From the human T2T-CHM13v2.0 reference genome, Homo sapiens, in NCBI RefSeq assembly GCF_009914755.1, contig NC_060937.1: a stretch of 64,000 nucleotides of DNA. One strand, 5' to 3'. Below, one piece after another: positions 52,701 through 64,000 of the stretch. The first letter of the stretch is position 1; every line of letters begins with the position of its first letter. The position numbers and the translations under genes are program-made. The notes beneath the pieces are model-generated. The model was not told where the DNA came from and did not search any database. It worked only from the letters and a program-made list of their open reading frames with translations.

Positions 52701-53540
52701 TATGGCTCCCATGGCAATCAGTGCTGCTCTCCTCCTGCACATGCATTATCAAATATGCCTTTTGCAGCTGCTTGGGATGGTCTTAGAAGAGTAGAAGGAG
52801 GCAGGGGTGCCAATTCCTTTCAATGTTTGTAGACAAAGAAGAACTTCCTGGCTAAGTTCTACATCAGGATGCATGCCTCTGATCTTTAAGGCAAATGAGA
52901 CAAAAACCTAACCATAATTTAATAGAGAAGCATGGGTATTATCCCAGCCTGCACAGAAACCATGTTCAGACTAAATAACCCACTAATTGCTTATGCTCAG
53001 TATGGAGTCAACCCCACATAAACGATTTACAGAATCCACTATCAACTTTGCATTGGCAACAAAGCAACCTCTAAAACAACAACAACCAAAGCTGGCAACT
53101 GGCAAGTGCTGACTAGGGTGAGTTAGAACAATGTGGGAATGGTCACTTCTGGTACAGGCTGGATAAAAGGAGCAGGAACAGATGAGCAATTTAAACTTCC
53201 ACGTATTTCATCCAAGTTAGTAGCAAAACATGGCAGTCTCATTGGCCCCTGCAAAATCCCAACTCTATTTGTCAAAATCCTGGAAGTTCTGAAGTTTACC
53301 CAAAGAAAGAGAAGGAAGCTAGCAGCCTGTTAATTGGTTTGGGTTTTCAATTCACAAGGCAGCAGGTAATATTCACCCAACATCTTCCACTTTATATATC
53401 TTGAATGCATACTGGCTGCTCTTCTTATGAACTGCCACAGTGCCTAAGATTAAGCTTCTTGTTGCATTTTACGACTATCAAGAAGAAACAGTAGAATTGT
53501 CTGGATGCTCTGCGCTCATGAAGGAAACTACTCATTATCC

Positions 53541-53869
<329 letters not shown>

Positions 53870-55379
53870 TAAGCCAACATGTCTCACTCGCTATGTCTAA
53901 CTTAGCCTCTGTTTGTCCCCTCTAATCTAGGAGAAATTCTTCTTGCTAACCTATTATCTATATAATCTTTTAAAAAATATTTACTTTAATTATGGATATA
54001 TAATGGTGGTATATATTTATTACATAATATTAATCTGCCTTAGCATTAAATTAGATTATTAGATTACAAAGAAAACAGAAATCTGAAGAACATTACTATT
54101 AGTCCAATGCCATGTACCAAGTAAATCCTTAAAAAACACAACTGGACAATGAAAGGTAACCAAAGGTCTTTGTGATCCATGCCATACCAGACAGCACAGA
54201 GAACATGAAAGCTCTGAACTCAGGGGCATTTGACAATTTACTTCTGTTTAACTCATCTATTTTTTAGGAGAGAAAGAGAAATAATGGGCAGGTGGCACAT
54301 AAAAAAAATAAACAGTTCTCAACAAAGAAGATAGCTAAAAAAAGATGACCACAATCCCAAGGAACACCAAAATGAGAATGCAATGCACCCAGAAGAAAAT
54401 ACAGATATTTCCAGTGGGATTGAAGCAACAACCTGTTGCCATTATGTTTCTCTTTGCCCTGAAAGTTCAAATATTTGTGTTTCTCTGAGACTGCTGATAG
54501 AAATGCAGCTGATGAGACTCCTTCATTTAAGGCAAAAACTGGCAGCCCATTGAAGGTGTCAAGAGTTCACACTGCTTCCACATGAACCTCAAAAATCAGA
54601 GTCACAAATTATTAGGGCTGGAAGACATTTGGAATCACTGAATAAAACTCCTTATATCACAGTCATTTATCCAGGGAAGGTAAGTGACTTGTCCAGCTAT
54701 TTGGCAAAAGAGACAAGTCTCACACAGATAGCCAGACCCTTAGGTCAGTCCTTTCACAGGCTGATGATGGTACATTCTTTTTAAAATCACTCACACATGT
54801 GACCATAAGACGACGACAACAACAACAACAAATGAAATAAAACCCAGGACACTAAGGGAAAACTGAAAAATGTGTATTCGGTGATGATCCAATTCCAACA
54901 AAACACATCCATACCTCACTCTTGATGTGTGGATAGACTGATCTTAGGACCATACATGCAATATTGTATCTGGTTTGAACAAACTTCTAAGCATTCCTCA
55001 GTGCCTCCCGCAAAAAACTGCCTATCATCCTTCACAGCACGCTTGATCCTGCCTGCTGAACTCTTTTCCTATCTCCACATAACGTAGGGTGAGGACACAT
55101 GTGTTCTGTTTTGTGTTTCTTCATAATATGTCATTTCTTCAGAAAACAAATTTGAGTATAAGAAAACACTTTAATCTCCTTAAATTAATGAATGTAGTTT
55201 GTAGAAGAACAAATTCATTTTTTCCTTTACCCAATTTGCATAGTAATGTCTGAGCACAAGCAGCAGCTCACAGATTTATACAAGGGCACTGAAAGAAAAA
55301 GAATAGGCTTTCCAACCATTATCTTCCAAAATCCTGCCCCCACACATTACCAAACAAAAATAGACCTAGTTTATCTAGA

Positions 55380-55640
55380 AACTTGAAAGCATGTACTATA
55401 TCTGTCTACTTTATCCATCTCCATTACTACTATCACAGTCTAAATGACATCATCTAAAATCATGATTTTTTTCCTAATTGATCTTCTTGCTTTTACTTTT
55501 ATTCCTTACCATCTGTTCATCATTGAACAGTTATATTCCTTTCTTTTAAACATAAATTGAACCTGTTTTTCCTGGATAAAACCCTCCAAAGTCTTTCCAA
55601 CACGCTCAGAATAAAATTCAAATTCATTAACTTAGCTGGG
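55380..55640 (+). mobile_element. L2 internal fragment
   Basis: TCCATCTCCATTACTACT...AAAACCCTCCAAAGTCTTTCC...CTCAGAATAAAATTCAAATTC. Confidence 0.55.
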
Positions 55641-55894
55641 AAAGGAGCTTGCAGTGCTCCAAAAAGAGTTAGAGGAACTGAATATCACAAAAACTCCTTT
55701 ATTCTTGGAGTCTATCTTGGATCAAATGAAGCTTCTGAGCCCAGAAAACAAACCCTATTTTGTAAGTAATATTCCATAGAACATTAAACATTTCTGCGCT
55801 TACATCCCCTTTGCTGTCCCAGGCTTTATCCAGCTACTCTTTGACCACTCTAGATTCAATCTGCTCAAAGATACGCATATAAAGATATTTTCTT

Positions 55895-56211
55895 TTCCTT
55901 TTCTTTTTTTTTTTTTTTTTTTTTTGAGACAGAGTCTCGCTCTTTCACCCAGACTGGAGAGCAGTTGGTGCGATTTCAGCTTACTACAACCTCCCCCTCC
56001 CAGGTTCAAGCAATTCTCCAGCCTCAGCCTCCCAAGTAACTGGGATTACAGACATGCGCCACCACACCCAGCTAATTTTCTGTATTTTCAGTGGAGACGG
56101 GTTTTCACCATGTTAGCCAGGCTGGTCTCAAACTCCTGACCTCAATTGATCCACCTGCCTCGGCCTCCTCCTGAAGTGCTGGGATTACAGGTGTGAGCCA
56201 CTGCCCCGTCC
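55895..56211 (-). mobile_element. Alu, AluS family (Sz/Sx-like)
   Basis: Reverse-complement Alu with a long T tail. TSD TATTTTCTT at 55886-55894 and 56212-56220. Confidence 0.95.
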
Positions 56212-56687
56212 TATTTTCTTACTCTTCATCTTGGAAGACGAAAAGAAACAGTTACATACTCCTGAGTCCAGCATAATAAGAGGATGGTAATATACAAGGG
56301 ACTCTACCTCAGAAAAGGAGGCGGGGGGCAGGTAGTATAACTGAGACAGAATCAAGACTTTGTGTTCTAACTACCATCAATGCTTTTAATGCAAAAATGA
56401 AAAACTTAACAAAGAGGGAACCAAAGAGGGAAGCATTTCTATATGTAAGTGAACACTGAAATCACTGATGTAAGTTAGAGGCATGAGAGCAGCTGCAGTT
56501 AGAGCCAGAACAAAAGAGCGTAAGCAGAACTCTTTGTGGGTCAACTTACAGCTGAGACGAGTCAGTAGTTATTCCTTATCAGTTAAAATAAGTCTGTTTT
56601 ACTTTTCTTTCTGCCATGTAACTACAGAATATGAAACCCAATATCCCCAAATAAGCCCCTGAAAATCCCATCTATAGTCCATTACAC

Positions 56688-57153
56688 TCAAACTGGCACA
56701 ATTGTCCCATAGAACTGATATTTGCTGTGTTTGAATACACATAGATATTAACTCTCCTGGTCTTAAAGTGTGAAACTTGCATTGGTCTTATCTGAGTTCC
56801 TTCCTCAGGAAACTGGCCATCAGACCTCCCAGAAGGAGAAGTATGAAGGAGCTGATACTTACCAGGTCACTACATCTGGACAATGAGATCCCAGACCCCT
56901 CACCCATCATGATTGTCTAACGAACCACCTGCCTCCTGTTGACCAGCTTCTCTTGCTTAGCCCTCCTACACTTAGCTACATTCCTTCCCCTATTGTACTT
57001 GGTCAGAGAGATGGGTTTAAGATTGATCTCTCATCTTCTCGGCTGCAGTACCTAATTAAAGCCTTCTTCCCTGGCAATACTTATCATCTCAATGATTGGC
57101 TTTCTGTGCTGCAAGCAGCAGGACCTAGACCAAACTCTGGCACTTCAGCAGCA
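56688..57153 (+). mobile_element. ERV1-class solo LTR (MER4 group, LTR26/MER31-like)
   Basis: AAACTGGCACAATTGTCCCATAGAACTGAT...CAGACCCCTCACCCATCATGATTG...ATTAAAGCCTTCTTCCCTGGCAATAC...GATTGGCTTTCTGTGC...GGACCTAGACC. Exact family uncertain. Confidence 0.75.
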
Positions 57154-57501
57154 ATTCCACAGTTCCCTAGGGTCAACCCATGGAAAAGTAGGCATTCTTC
57201 TTTGAGATTAATCGTTTTTTCTACCAACTGCAGAGAAACTCTTTCCTATCCTTCTCTTATTACCTGTTCTCATGCATGAAGATAACCAATAGTTTTGGAA
57301 ACTAGACATGTTCTGGCCACTTCTTCAAAGATTATGATTTGATACTTATATGGTCCCAGAATTTTTTTAAAAAAACTTCCTGTTCCATTCTGATGATCAC
57401 CCTCAGATGAACCACAACCCAGCAGAACTGGAGGGACAGTGCAAGGCTGTACCCACCTTAGCCAGTAGAGCCACTTCCATGTGTTGAGATCCTACAGCCT
57501 C

Positions 57502-57520
57502 TGCTGCCCCCTGGTGGTAA
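57502..57520 (-). promoter_or_regulatory. CTCF core binding motif
   Basis: The minus strand reads TTACCACCAGGGGGCAGCA, a close match to the CTCF core CCACCAGGGGGCRC. It sits in apparently non-repetitive DNA. Confidence 0.6.
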
Positions 57521-59114
57521 CTACTAAACTTACCACACCCCTCTCTAGTTCAATGACATCAAGAAATATCTATTGAGGACCATGTCAAAAGTATGACATA
57601 AGAAACTGTGACATAATGCCATATAATATATTTCTTCATTCATGTTTTGGAAGTCAAGAAATATAAGTCATCCTCCTTGAAACAGCTCCAAATACCTAAC
57701 TAAACACTTATATATGAAACTGCCACTAAAATTTTGATTCAAAATGCAGAGAAAGCAAAAACTAATCTGTTCTAATATAGGAAATTTAAAACAACAGCTA
57801 TACAGAGAACCAATAATAAATACTGATAAAGTAAAATTGATTATTTTCTTATCAGTAATAGTATTTTTTCTCTTTTCAGAACAGATACTTTTTAATTTCT
57901 TAAATTCCTGTTGTAAAGTCTGTTTTGGTGCTTCTGACCAACCAAAAGTAAATATACTAGGGTCTGAAACAGAACTAAAAAGCATGGAATCTGGGCATTC
58001 TTTTTCAGATATTTAGTAAATGTCATCAGCCATTTCTTGTTGTTCATCAAACTGGTCACAAAAAACGAATCACAGATAAATTACAAATTTTTTTTCAAGC
58101 ATCCCTGAAAATTGCCTCTAAATTGTCACTCTCAAATTCTAGAATTAGAGCACTATGACATATTTTCTAGCTTATCTAATATTTCTTTTCCTTTGACTGG
58201 GAGTCCACTAAAGAATCATTTTTGTCAGTGTGTGTCTCATTTAAAGATGTGTTTACTAATAAGATCATTTTCACTTTGTGGGCAGACATCCGCTTCCAAT
58301 TCAATTTCTGGAAGCCAAGCAGAATTCTGAGCAACTCACAACTATTTGGCAGTTCTCCATCTTTGTTTCTGCTGGTAGAAACAGCCTTCTTAAATGTTCA
58401 ACCCTTCCAAATGAATTAATAATATATTTAATTTATGTTCATGTCTAATCTAATGTTCTCAAACTGGGATATTTTCTTGTCAAAAACTTCCCCACAGCTG
58501 TTTTGTAGTCCAAGGTGTTTACTATATTATTTTTATGTGGCTGCATATCATTATAAACATAAAAACTACATTTTAATGTATCTAAATCTGTCTTTGATGC
58601 TCATCTGTCCTTTGATGCTCATAAATTGAATGTGCACTCAGGGACATGTGGGTGTCTTTTCACTATAATAAGCTGTGGTGAAATCTAAGGAGTTCTGATG
58701 GATAACCTTGGGCTACGAGGGGGTAATTTTGAGACATGAGTATCTCTAGGATGCTGGAAAGTTCAATATATTATCTTGAAATATATATCTTGAAAGTTCT
58801 AAAAGTTTTGGGGAATTTAAAAACTGCCCTACATACTTCTTAGATCTTTAGATCTATGACTGCTAAGAATGAAAATGTACGGAATGTGTAGAACATATAG
58901 AGACACCAAGAATAAATTACTTAGAATTAGAAGCCAGTGAATGAATGAACTGGCACTGACACAGACAAAAAGCGGCTGAGTTTCTGACTGTTTTGAGGTC
59001 AGTGCAAGTTTAGGATCAAATTCACCCAGGCACCAAATGGATTAACTGCTATTTTTATTTTCTGGATCTCAGTGTATTTTTAGGACTGAATTTTTCCTTC
59101 CTGAATGAATGACC

Positions 59115-59452
59115 TGCTAGCTCTTTCTGCCTAGAATGCTCTACCCTTTCACGGTCACACCTGACCCAACTATGAGTTCCTGTTCTGCCACCCACCTGAT
59201 CAATCCCTAATTATTTCTGAAACAGCTGGGACACACCTCCTCTGTGATTTGTTCCTTAAGCTGAGCCTGTCAGTGATTGAATTTTGTATAATTTGATCTT
59301 TCTGGACTAGAAAATGGTAGCTGTTCACTTTTCGATCATTCCAATTAGTCTAATGAGTAACTTGGTGGCACAGACTTTAATTTTTAAATCCTCAGCACCA
59401 GAAATTGTGCCTGACACATAAAGAGTGCTAAGAAATGATTGGTTGCATGAAT
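59115..59452 (+). mobile_element. L2 3' end
   Basis: TCTGCCTAGAATGCTCT...CCTCAGCACCAGAAATTGTGCCTGACACATAAAGAGTGCTAAGAAATG...GCATGAAT. Confidence 0.6.
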
Positions 59453-61264
59453 ATAGATAGCACACCATAAAGGCAAAGTCAATTTCCTCTGCACATAAAA
59501 TTAAAGATTATTTCTACAAACTTTGAGCATTGTTGCAATAAGAAAATATGCCTCTTATTTGCTTTTACAAGTTTAATTCCGGGAGCAATTTTGTTTATGC
59601 AAATATTTGCCTCTATTGTCAAATTCCAGCTAAAACAATTTTTGTTATCTACGGTTGTTGCACAAAACTTCCAACTTCCAGTAGCAAAGTTAATTAAATA
59701 GAGTATTTTTTAAAAATTTGTAACAGGTTTAGCCTCGATCAATAGGTTTTGACCTATTGTTTTTACTAAACTTAATTCCCAGAACGTATCTCCTTAAGTG
59801 CAATGCTTTATATATGGTAAATGTTCAAACTTTTATTACGTATTTAAGTTTAAAGTAATAGGAAAGAATAACTTGAGTAAATTAGTTCCTTGCTACTTTA
59901 CAGCAATTTTTGCCTCACTCCACTGATTCTCTATTAGATAAACTTCTTCACTACAAAATCTTATATACTTTTGATTGATGCCCATTCTGTAATGTTATCT
60001 ACCCTCCAAGGTCCCTGGGAGACAGAGTATTGGAATCTAACATTCAAGTCGTGCTTGTCTGCCTAGAGGCTTGCATTCATCAAAGGAAGTAAGGACATAA
60101 AGTACATTAAAATAAACTCTACTACAGCACAAATTTCTATATCATACTATTCTACACATGATCTTGATTCTAATCTTCCTTTTTCTGGAAATTCAGAACA
60201 CCTAAGCTAATGAAAAAATGAAAATTATAACACCAGGAGGGAAAGGGGCTCATAGGATATTTGTCAAAGGGCCATGCAGCTTTTATGATTAGAAAAGCAT
60301 TTACCTCTGTAACAGTGAAGATTACATGAGACCACCATTTCATCTGTCAGTCAAACTCAGATTGGCTCTGTTTCAAACTTCTGTAGCTAACTCAAAATGG
60401 AATGGCCACTGTTCCCAAGCACCACCTGCCATAACTTGGTATTTTTCTGTGCTTAGTGAATCACATTTATTCTCCTGGATTTGGGAGAGTTGGGATAGAA
60501 AAACACAGGGACTAAGATTCCCCTGCACTGAGTTACATTAAAGAAAGTCCACCTATCACTGTGTTACTGCTGACGGTTCCTCTGGCTTTATCTATATTCC
60601 TGCTTCAAATTATTTTTAGCAAAAATTTAAATGATATTCAGAGGGTTGTTGGTAAAAGAAGATTAATATTGAATTGAAGTACATATTAGTGAGAATGGTT
60701 ATGATGATGATGATGATGGATTCATGCTGCAATCCTGATTTGATTTGCTATAATTAGGCTACAATTTGGTCTATAGAGGACTAAAATCCTATTTGAAGCA
60801 TAAGTGCATCCCAAATGTGGTTTATGGTTAAAAAACCTGACCATGTAGATAGCCAATTCCCACCCACTTATTGGGGTTACTTATTTGTTTTTGTTTGGCT
60901 TTATTTTTCTGTTTTGCTCCTTTCTCTCATTTTTGAAATTATTTCTCAGAGTCAGTACCAATTTCTTTGGTTTCTATTTACTAGGTAGTACTCATATATT
61001 TAAATATATTTACATACATTGTTATACATCTATATATATGAAAGAGAGAGATATCTATACAACTGCGAAGCAACTTCTGAACTAATTTAAGAACTAGAAC
61101 ATCACTAATTCTGTGTATACTACCTGACCCAAAGAAAATCAGCTTCCAAATACAGGCCTTTAATTTTGCAGTTTTTAAAAATGGTTTTACCATATGTATA
61201 TAAACCTCTAAACTATATATTTCTATTGATTGAAATCTTTAGGAAATGATATTAAGCTTTACAT

Positions 61265-61796
61265 TATCAAAGTAAAATTGCACCAGACAAGGTAACCAGG
61301 CAAAGATGACTTTTTTCAAGATGACCACAATAGGTTCACAAATACCGCAATATGGAATATAGAGTGAACTATGTTGAAACAAAAGGCAGGAGAGATTTTC
61401 AACACTGGGTCAAGTTGGTGCAAAGGTTCTGAAGGACATAAGCCTGGAGGTCACTAAATACAGTTAGGCCATCTATTTTTGCTAATTGGCATGAATTAAG
61501 GGAGAGTAGAAGTTAGGCTCCCACCCCTCCTCCCCCAGAGACTGAGAGATAACGGCCCTATCTTTTTTGATGATTACATTTCATAGAATAACTCCCAAAT
61601 CCATGTGAAACACATTGCTATGTTGTAAAACTGGCAAGAGGCTGGGAGATTCACATCTTAAAGGGGCAGAGAAAGAATTTACAATTTCAAGTTTTCTAAA
61701 ATAAACTCACTAAGAAAAGGGAGATCAGGGGCTTAGGTCGGGAAGAAACCTTTCTGAAGTTTAGTCAAACTGAAAGGAAATAGGCCATCTTGGTCA
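61265..61796 (-). mobile_element. ERV1-class solo LTR (MER67-like)
   Basis: TCAAAGTAAAATTGCACCAGACAAGG...TAAAACTGGCAAGAGGCTGGGAG...AAAGGGGCAGAGAAAGAATTTACAA...GGCCATCTTGGTCA. 4-bp flanks ACAT/AAAT. Confidence 0.75.
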
Positions 61797-61958
61797 AAAT
61801 ATACTTCTAAATCCTTGTTTTCTCAGCGTTACATTTCAAAGAGATTTACCCAATGAGTATGAGGAACTGTAGGTCACTCAGATTCACCCCAGTATAATAT
61901 TGCCTCACTTTAATAGACCACATTTTAATGCCCATTTTACTATAGGTGAATACTTGGA

Positions 61959-62076
61959 TTTTTTTCTTTACTTTTTATTATACTTTAAGTTCTGGGGTAC
62001 ATGTGCAGAATGTGCAGGTTTTTTACCTAGGTATACAGGTGCCATGGTGGTTTGCTGCACCCATCAACCTGTCATC
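61959..62076 (-). mobile_element. Short L1PA (PA7/8-like) 3' end
   Basis: TTATTATACTTTAAGTTCTGGGGTACATGTGCAGAATGTGCAGG...GCCATGGTGGTTTGCTGCACCCATCAACCTGTCATCT. Confidence 0.9.
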
Positions 62077-62132
62077 TTTTTCTTTTCTTTTTTCTTCTGT
62101 TCTTTTTCTTTTGACTCTACGAACAGGGTAAG

Positions 62133-62530
62133 TGTATTCATTTGCTAGGGCCACCAAAATAAAATGCTACAGACTGGTTGGCTTAAACGACAGAAATTTA
62201 TTTTCCCATATTTTTTGGAGTCTGGAAGTCCAAGATCAAAATGTTGACAGATTGGGTTTCTCCTGAGCCCTATCTTCGCTGGCAGGCGGATGCCTTCTCA
62301 GTGTCTTCACATGGCCTTTCTCCATGTGTGAACAACTCTGGTGTCTCCCCGTGTCCTCATCCTCTCTTCTTAAACGGACACTGGTCAGATTGGCTAGGGC
62401 ATTCCCCAATGAATCCATTTTAAATGAATTTCCTTTGGAAATCCTTACCTCCAAACATAGTCACATTCTGAGGTAGTCAGAGTTAGGGCTTCAAAATGTG
62501 AACTGTGGGGAGAGAGTTTAGTCCACAGCA
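62133..62530 (-). mobile_element. MLT1A-like MaLR solo LTR
   Basis: TGTATTCATTTGCTAGGGC...GGCTTAAACGACAGAAATTTATTT...GGAAGTCCAAGATCAA...GTCACATTCTGAGGTA...CCACAGCA. Confidence 0.88.
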
Positions 62531-62549
62531 GTATTTCTGTGCTCATGTT

Positions 62550-63800
62550 CAACATATTTTTGATGTTTTGCATGTTTTTACACATTCCTTCTAGTACACA
62601 TAGAAATATTTCCTTGGGATGTCTACTTAGAACAAATATTTAGATTGTCCGGTACTCTTGCTTTTCATCAGCACTTAATATTGTCAGCATTTCCACTATT
62701 TCCCAATCAATACAAATTCTTTATATATTCTGGGAATTAATATAATTAATCAGTGATGTGTGCTACAGATGTCTTCTCCCAGTTTTGTTGCATATGTTCC
62801 ACTTCCGTGATGTCTTAATGAAAAGGTGTTGTTTTTAATACAATACAATTTATCAGTATTTTCCTTTATGCCGTTTCTTTCTGTTTCATTCCTGTTGGAG
62901 TCCTAGTTAAGAAAATTATTTCCTACTTCAGTCATAAAAATTCACCCAAATATCTTCTTCAGATATTTTAAAGTTTTGCCCCTAATATTCCAGTCTTTAA
63001 TCCACCTGGAATTTATTTTAGTATATGGTACGCGGCAGGAATCCAATTTTGTTTTTTTCCCATAGAGATAAACAAATATTCTGGCCCCATTTATTTTCTA
63101 GTCTACTCTTCCCTAAGTAGTTGCAATGCTATGTGTTATATATAATTTCTGTATATTCATGGGCTGCTCCTGGCCTATTAGGGACAATTGAATAGCATGT
63201 CTCTTGCAATATTTACTATAAAATACTATTACAGATGTACCCTGTTAGCAAAAAATACGGTAGACAAATCAATCTTAGATGCATGGAGTGGGAGTTCACA
63301 GTCTGTGCAAATGGAAAAGACATGGGTCTAACCACTTGGAAAATTGTTTGAGATTATCTTATAAGATTGAATATACTCCCTCTCTCTGACCCAGCAGTCC
63401 CATTCTGTTTTGTGTGCTCAGGATCAGAAGTTCCAGTGTGGTCCCCAGGAGTGTCAGCATCAATGTCACCTTGATGTTCAGCATTAATTGAATAGCATGT
63501 CTCTAGCTAATACTGTGGCTTTATAATGAGTCTTGGAATATGCAAGGGGATATTCCCACATTATTTTTCTTCTTTAGGAAACTCCTGTTTTTCAGCTTTT
63601 GCTATGCCAAATAAATTTTAGAATCTGTTTTTCAAGATGCAAAAATAAAATCTGTTGGGATTTTGATTGAAATTTCCCTGAACCAATAGAATCAATCTGT
63701 GGAGAATAAACAGTTTTATGATATGGGGGTTTTCTGTATGAGAAAATTGAATATTTCTCCATCTATTCAGCTTGCATAGGTAGTAAATAAAATTTTTGCA
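62550..63800 (-). mobile_element. Old L1ME-like ORF2 relic, interrupted at 63205-63485
   Basis: TTCTTTATATATTCTGG, TCTTTAATCCACCTGGAATTTATTTT and CTGTTGGGATTTTGATTGAAATT are reverse-complement L1M ORF2 motifs. Confidence 0.75.
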
Positions 63801-63801
63801 T

Positions 63802-64000
63802 CATATATGTGTATATATGTATATGTATATATGTATATGTGTATATGTGTATATGTACATATATACACATATACGTATATGTGTATATGTACATATATAC
63901 ACATATACGTATATGTGTATATGTACATATATACACATATATGTATATGTGTACACACATATAAACATGTATATATACATATATACACGTGTATATATAC
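63802..64000. repeat. Alternating purine-pyrimidine (TA/TG/CA) tract with a 34-bp tandem unit; runs off the window end
   Basis: Unit ATATGTGTATATGTACATATATACACATATACGT at 63843-63876 and 63877-63910, with a variant at 63911-63944. Confidence 0.93.

Noticed and set aside
62076-62133. Pyrimidine tract plus CAG followed by GTAAGT, resembling a recursive splice site
   Set aside because: The sequence is CAG-G-GTAAGT, not AG|GT, and the motif is assembled at the junction of an L1 flank and an MLT1A end.

Overview
This is primate (human/great-ape-like) AT-rich, CpG-poor nuclear DNA. It has no CpG island and no recognisable protein-coding gene, RNA gene or CRISPR array. The ORF track is mostly repeat-derived (Alu, L1 ORF2, MaLR LTR, microsatellite) or looks like chance frames. 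The window is dominated by interspersed repeats: ten Alus (three AluY-like), L1 pieces from L1PA2-like to L1ME/HAL1, L2/MIR relics, MaLR/ERVL/ERV1 solo LTRs and Tigger/hAT DNA transposons. Many have readable target-site duplications (TSDs). L1s and LTRs occur on both strands, so I cannot tell intronic from intergenic. I found no evidence for a new gene system. The most notable signals are insertion or repair architectures: (1) a tiny twin-primed, 5'-inverted L1; (2) a tail-less L1 endonuclease-domain fragment plugging a large gap in an older L1; (3) an L1PA2-like copy carrying a 15-bp 3' transduction; (4) two Alus inserted successively at the same nick site; (5) a 26-bp perfect palindrome inside a template-switch scar; (6) a 281-bp mosaic insert flanked by a perfect 19-bp direct repeat; (7) an LTR-less ERVL fragment. 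There is also a strong CTCF motif and one candidate non-coding exon. Subfamily names come from remembered consensus diagnostics and need RepeatMasker/Dfam confirmation.
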